Assembly (NCBI GenBank): GCA_002104905.1
Contig: MCFE01000345.1
Span: 26,260-90,259, forward strand
Direction: 5' to 3'
Length of the DNA: 64,000 nt
Source of the DNA: Basidiobolus meristosporus CBS 931.73
Taxonomy: Eukaryota; Fungi; Basidiobolomycota
Made by a program: the position numbers and the translations under genes
The notes under the pieces: generated by a model
What the model saw: the letters and a program-made list of their open reading frames with translations, nothing else
Database searches by the model: none
What the model was told of the DNA's origin: nothing
In this document: in pieces, positions 60,910-64,000 of the stretch
Layout of the letters: each line of letters begins with the position of its first letter
How positions within the stretch are numbered: position 1 is the first letter of the stretch

Positions 60910-63290
60910 GTCTGTTCCAGGCTTACATCATTGATTGGCAAGAACTGCAGCTTTTTTCTCACACCTCCCTGACTCTGGCATGAGTAGACTTTTTCACTTT
61001 ACCTTTTCCTTTCTCACTGGCATGTTTTTCACTGCTACTTGGTCTGAGTTCCTCTAGTATTAAACCTCACTTTCTCCTTAATAACTACTGCGTGGATGAA
61101 TCTGTTTTGGCCTGCTTGTCCCTTGCTGGCACTTTGCAGGTAATCTAATGCTTCTTTCTGGCTTGTTTTGATATCCCATCCCATGCTGAGACAGGTTCCT
61201 GAGGTAGTTACTGGTTTTTATCACTGCCAGGTCCATCACAGCTACTTTAGCTGAATTCTTCTTTTGTGGATCTATACCTTTTTCTTAATAAATGCTGTGC
61301 TTGTGCAACTGTGTCTGCCTGCTTTCCCATATTGAGACTCATCTAGCTACCTGATGTCTCTTTGATGCTTGTTTGGATCTCTTAGCCCTGCTTACAAAAG
61401 GCTCTTGAGGAAGCTGCTGATTTTTAGCCATTGCACCCTTATTCTTCTGTCATTGGCAGTTTCTGCTACTCTGGAGATACTTTCTTAGCATACCAGTGCT
61501 GGGCCAAAATCTGCTTGCTTGTTTGAGTCCAGGTTAATGCTCATGGAACAAGTCATGCACATTCTGCTTGGCCTTAAGTTCCTGATGGTCCCATGGTATG
61601 CAGGCCTTAAGGTGTTGGTGTGCCAGATCTGGAATAGCCTCTTGAATATCAGCTCACTCTGCATCATTGCACTCAACAGCTTTACAGATCTCCAATATCA
61701 TTTGATATTTAGGCTTTGGTATAAACATTACATTTTCTCCCTCCCATGCTGTGGTAGGTTTTTCTGTGGGCTTTATCTTTAGGCATTGCTGTTGTGCTTC
61801 AAAGACTGTACAGTGTTCCTCTGCTGTTGAATTAGAAAATGCCTCAATTCTTGGCTGTGACATTGAGCAACTTGAGTTCCCTCTTTGCAGCAAGCCCCAT
61901 GAAAAATAATCTAGTCCCATAGGAGGATCCAATCCTGATCAGCTGTCAATGCACCTACATGAGTGTAAGTCTCAATGATGACCTGCCATAGTAAGCATTA
62001 TATATAAAGTTGTGGCACCACCTACACACACACATATAATACTATTTCCCCATTGGTTGACTCACATCCACATATATGCCTTCAAAAAATAAAGCAAACC
62101 TATCTGATTCCCAACCAAACCCCACTGTTGACAGCAGCAGAAGAATGGTTGAACAGCTTGCTTTGACATTCAGTGCAACAAGCAGGGCTACATTCAAAAA
62201 AGGCCTTGTTGACAGTATGTCCACTGAAGGTAATACCCTATGAAAAATCTCAAACTTGGAATCCAGCTGATTTTCAGCTGGTATTCTACTGGTATTGTAA
62301 TGATATTTTGATGGTATTCAGCTGGTGTTTTTGGTTCAGAATTTCAAATGCAATTTTTGATGGAAGTAATGAGTAGTCAATTACCAAATCTGGTATGGAT
62401 GCTAGCTGGCCCAATCACCCACTGGAGAGTTTGTTTGCTTGCCTGCTCATGAGCCAACAACAGAGATATTGAGAGTTGTCAATTTTGAGAAACTTGGAAC
62501 TCAGCTGATATTATGATTGTATTTTGCTGGCCTTTTCTTAATTTTTTCTCTAAGGGAATAATGTGGACTCTTCAGGCTCTCAGTCAAGAAGGCAAATGAG
62601 ATTCTCTGCAAAGCCATATGCCAATTATAATGCTCAGGGAGATGATAATGTGCCAAATGCAGTATCTTTGGTTGAAGACCTGCAAGTGGCCATCATAACA
62701 TTGCCACCACCAGTATTAGCAAGTAAGTTTCACCTCATACCTGAGCCTCAATGAGGCAACTAGGTGACATGGCTGATAGGATAGATGCAATGTTCTAGAA
62801 AAATCAGGAAATAGTCCAGAAACAGGATAAGTGAATAATATGTGTAGAGCAATCAATATTCCAGGTAGAGAATGCAGCATTTTGCCACAAAGAAGGAACC
62901 TAAGTAGCTCAATCTCACAGGCAAGAATTGAGCAGTTTCCTAGATTAACAACAGAGGAACACCATACAGTCTCTGAAGCACAACAACAATACCCAAGATA
63001 ATGCCCACAGAAAAATCTAACACAGTATGGAAGGGAGAGACTGTGGTGTTTATATCCAAGCCTGAAAATCAAAAGACATTCAAGATTTGTGAAGCTGCTG
63101 AGTGCTATGATGCAGAGTGCACTAATACTCAAGAGGCCGTTAGAAGTCAAGCACAGCATCACCTTAAGACCAGCATACTGTAGGGCTATTGGGAATACAA
63201 GCCCAAGCAGAGTGTGCTTGACCTGTTCCATGAGAATCATCCTGGATTCAAGCACAGCAAACAGATTTTGGGCCAGCTTTGGTATGCTAA
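60910..63290. mobile_element. Further CACTA family fragments
   Basis: ORF2 (-) 60910-61894, a short left terminus CCCCATGAAAAATAAT at 61895, and intergenic plus ORF2 (+) 61955-63290. Confidence 0.8.
62236..62556 (+). mobile_element. 321-bp MITE with CACTA-family-like ends
   Basis: CCCTATGAAAAAT...TTTTTTCTCTAAGGG with flanks AATA/AATA, interrupting host GAAGGTAATAATG. The interior is unrelated to the autonomous element. Confidence 0.8.
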
Positions 63291-63291
63291 G

Positions 63292-64000
63292 ATAGTAGAC
63301 TTGTTCCATTGTACCGTGCCAGGGCGTGCAGCGCGATCCACGGTTGTAAAGACTATCGGGCGCGATATTATAGCTACCAGAAGGAAGGATTGTTCTTGGA
63401 CGATTTCGCACTATGCGGGACAATCTCACACACTATGGCACAATCTGACACGATGAGGTTGGAACGGATGATCGCACCAACTTGTAATGTTTGCATCACG
63501 TGCGCAATTGGATACCACTATTATGGCAGGTAAATCCGGTATTTGGATATGTTTCTTTAATGCAAATGGAAATAACTGTGTATTACACTATAAACTACAC
63601 TAATACTTACCATTTTGGTTACCTCACTCCAATTGGACGGTATCTCAGTGGTTAATTGGTCCAAAAGTATCCTGAAGCTGGCAGCCCCCAATTGGCTCAT
63701 TGACTACTAAAAAAGCTACCTGATTTGCCATCAAATATCCCATTTTGCTCCATTGAGCAAGTAAATCCTGATCCTAGTGATTGGACAAGGTGTCATAGCC
63801 AGCATGCAAGCAATTGTGTAGGTGCAAAACAGATCCAATAGCTGCACTGGTATTACAGATGACGTATATATATGCAGGGTGTTTATTTATAGGGGTTCTG
63901 TCTCAAATGTGAGACGACCTTGATATTGCTTATATCAAAAATTTGATGATCACTGATTTGCGACGGCTTGATTCTGATCGCAAAAAAAAAGGGTTGTTGG
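63292..64000 (-). mobile_element. CpG-rich element sharing the 3' end of the Helitron-like repeat; extent unknown
   Basis: Reverse strand ends TGGCACGGTACAATGGAACAAGTCTA, 22/26 identical to the end of copy 3. It interrupts CACTA ORF2 at GGTATGCTAAGA. Confidence 0.5.

Noticed and set aside
53917-60913. Possible TCT/TCT 3-bp TSD around the youngest CACTA copy
   Set aside because: It needs an extra terminal G. The right flank GTCTGTTCC continues ORF2 sequence while the left flank is Gypsy integrase, so the flanks are not one target site.
9300-63290. Neurospora-type CpA RIP as the cause of degeneration
   Set aside because: CA and TG remain abundant and the diagnostic paired changes are CG>TG/CA. 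A minor CpA component cannot be excluded without counting.
62716-63429. 237-aa minus-strand ORF
   Set aside because: It is antisense to CACTA ORF2 and crosses an insertion junction, so it is a chimeric chance frame.
1-64000. tRNA, rRNA or other structural RNA genes
   Set aside because: None recognised by eye. The tRNA-complementary stretches are retrotransposon primer-binding sites.

Overview
Eukaryotic, most likely fungal, genomic DNA. The proteins and short GT-AG introns resemble an early-diverging fungus, but the taxon is an inference only. The first ~9 kb is an ordinary gene neighbourhood: an unidentified region with possible coding remnants, an SLC41/MgtE-type Mg2+ transporter (-), an intronless RPL10 (-) and a divergently oriented ELO fatty-acid elongase (+). 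From ~9.3 kb to ~63.3 kb I found no host gene. This stretch is a nested transposon island in which CpG has been almost erased by CG>TG/CA changes. Its backbone is about ten whole or partial copies of one CCC...GGG-ended CACTA/En-Spm (CMC) DNA transposon. That element carries a Tnp2-type transposase and a second ~660-codon ORF arranged head-to-head with it; the best copy is 53920-60909. Inserted into it are two Ty1/Copia families (three elements with both LTRs plus solo LTRs), Ty3/Gypsy elements and solo LTRs, a ~380-bp Helitron-like non-autonomous repeat, a MITE, and two unrelated LTR-like elements. One of those shows an apparent 3-bp target duplication; the other has a G-tract array and a terminal hairpin. 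All coordinates, alignments and TSDs were read by eye, and no database search was possible.
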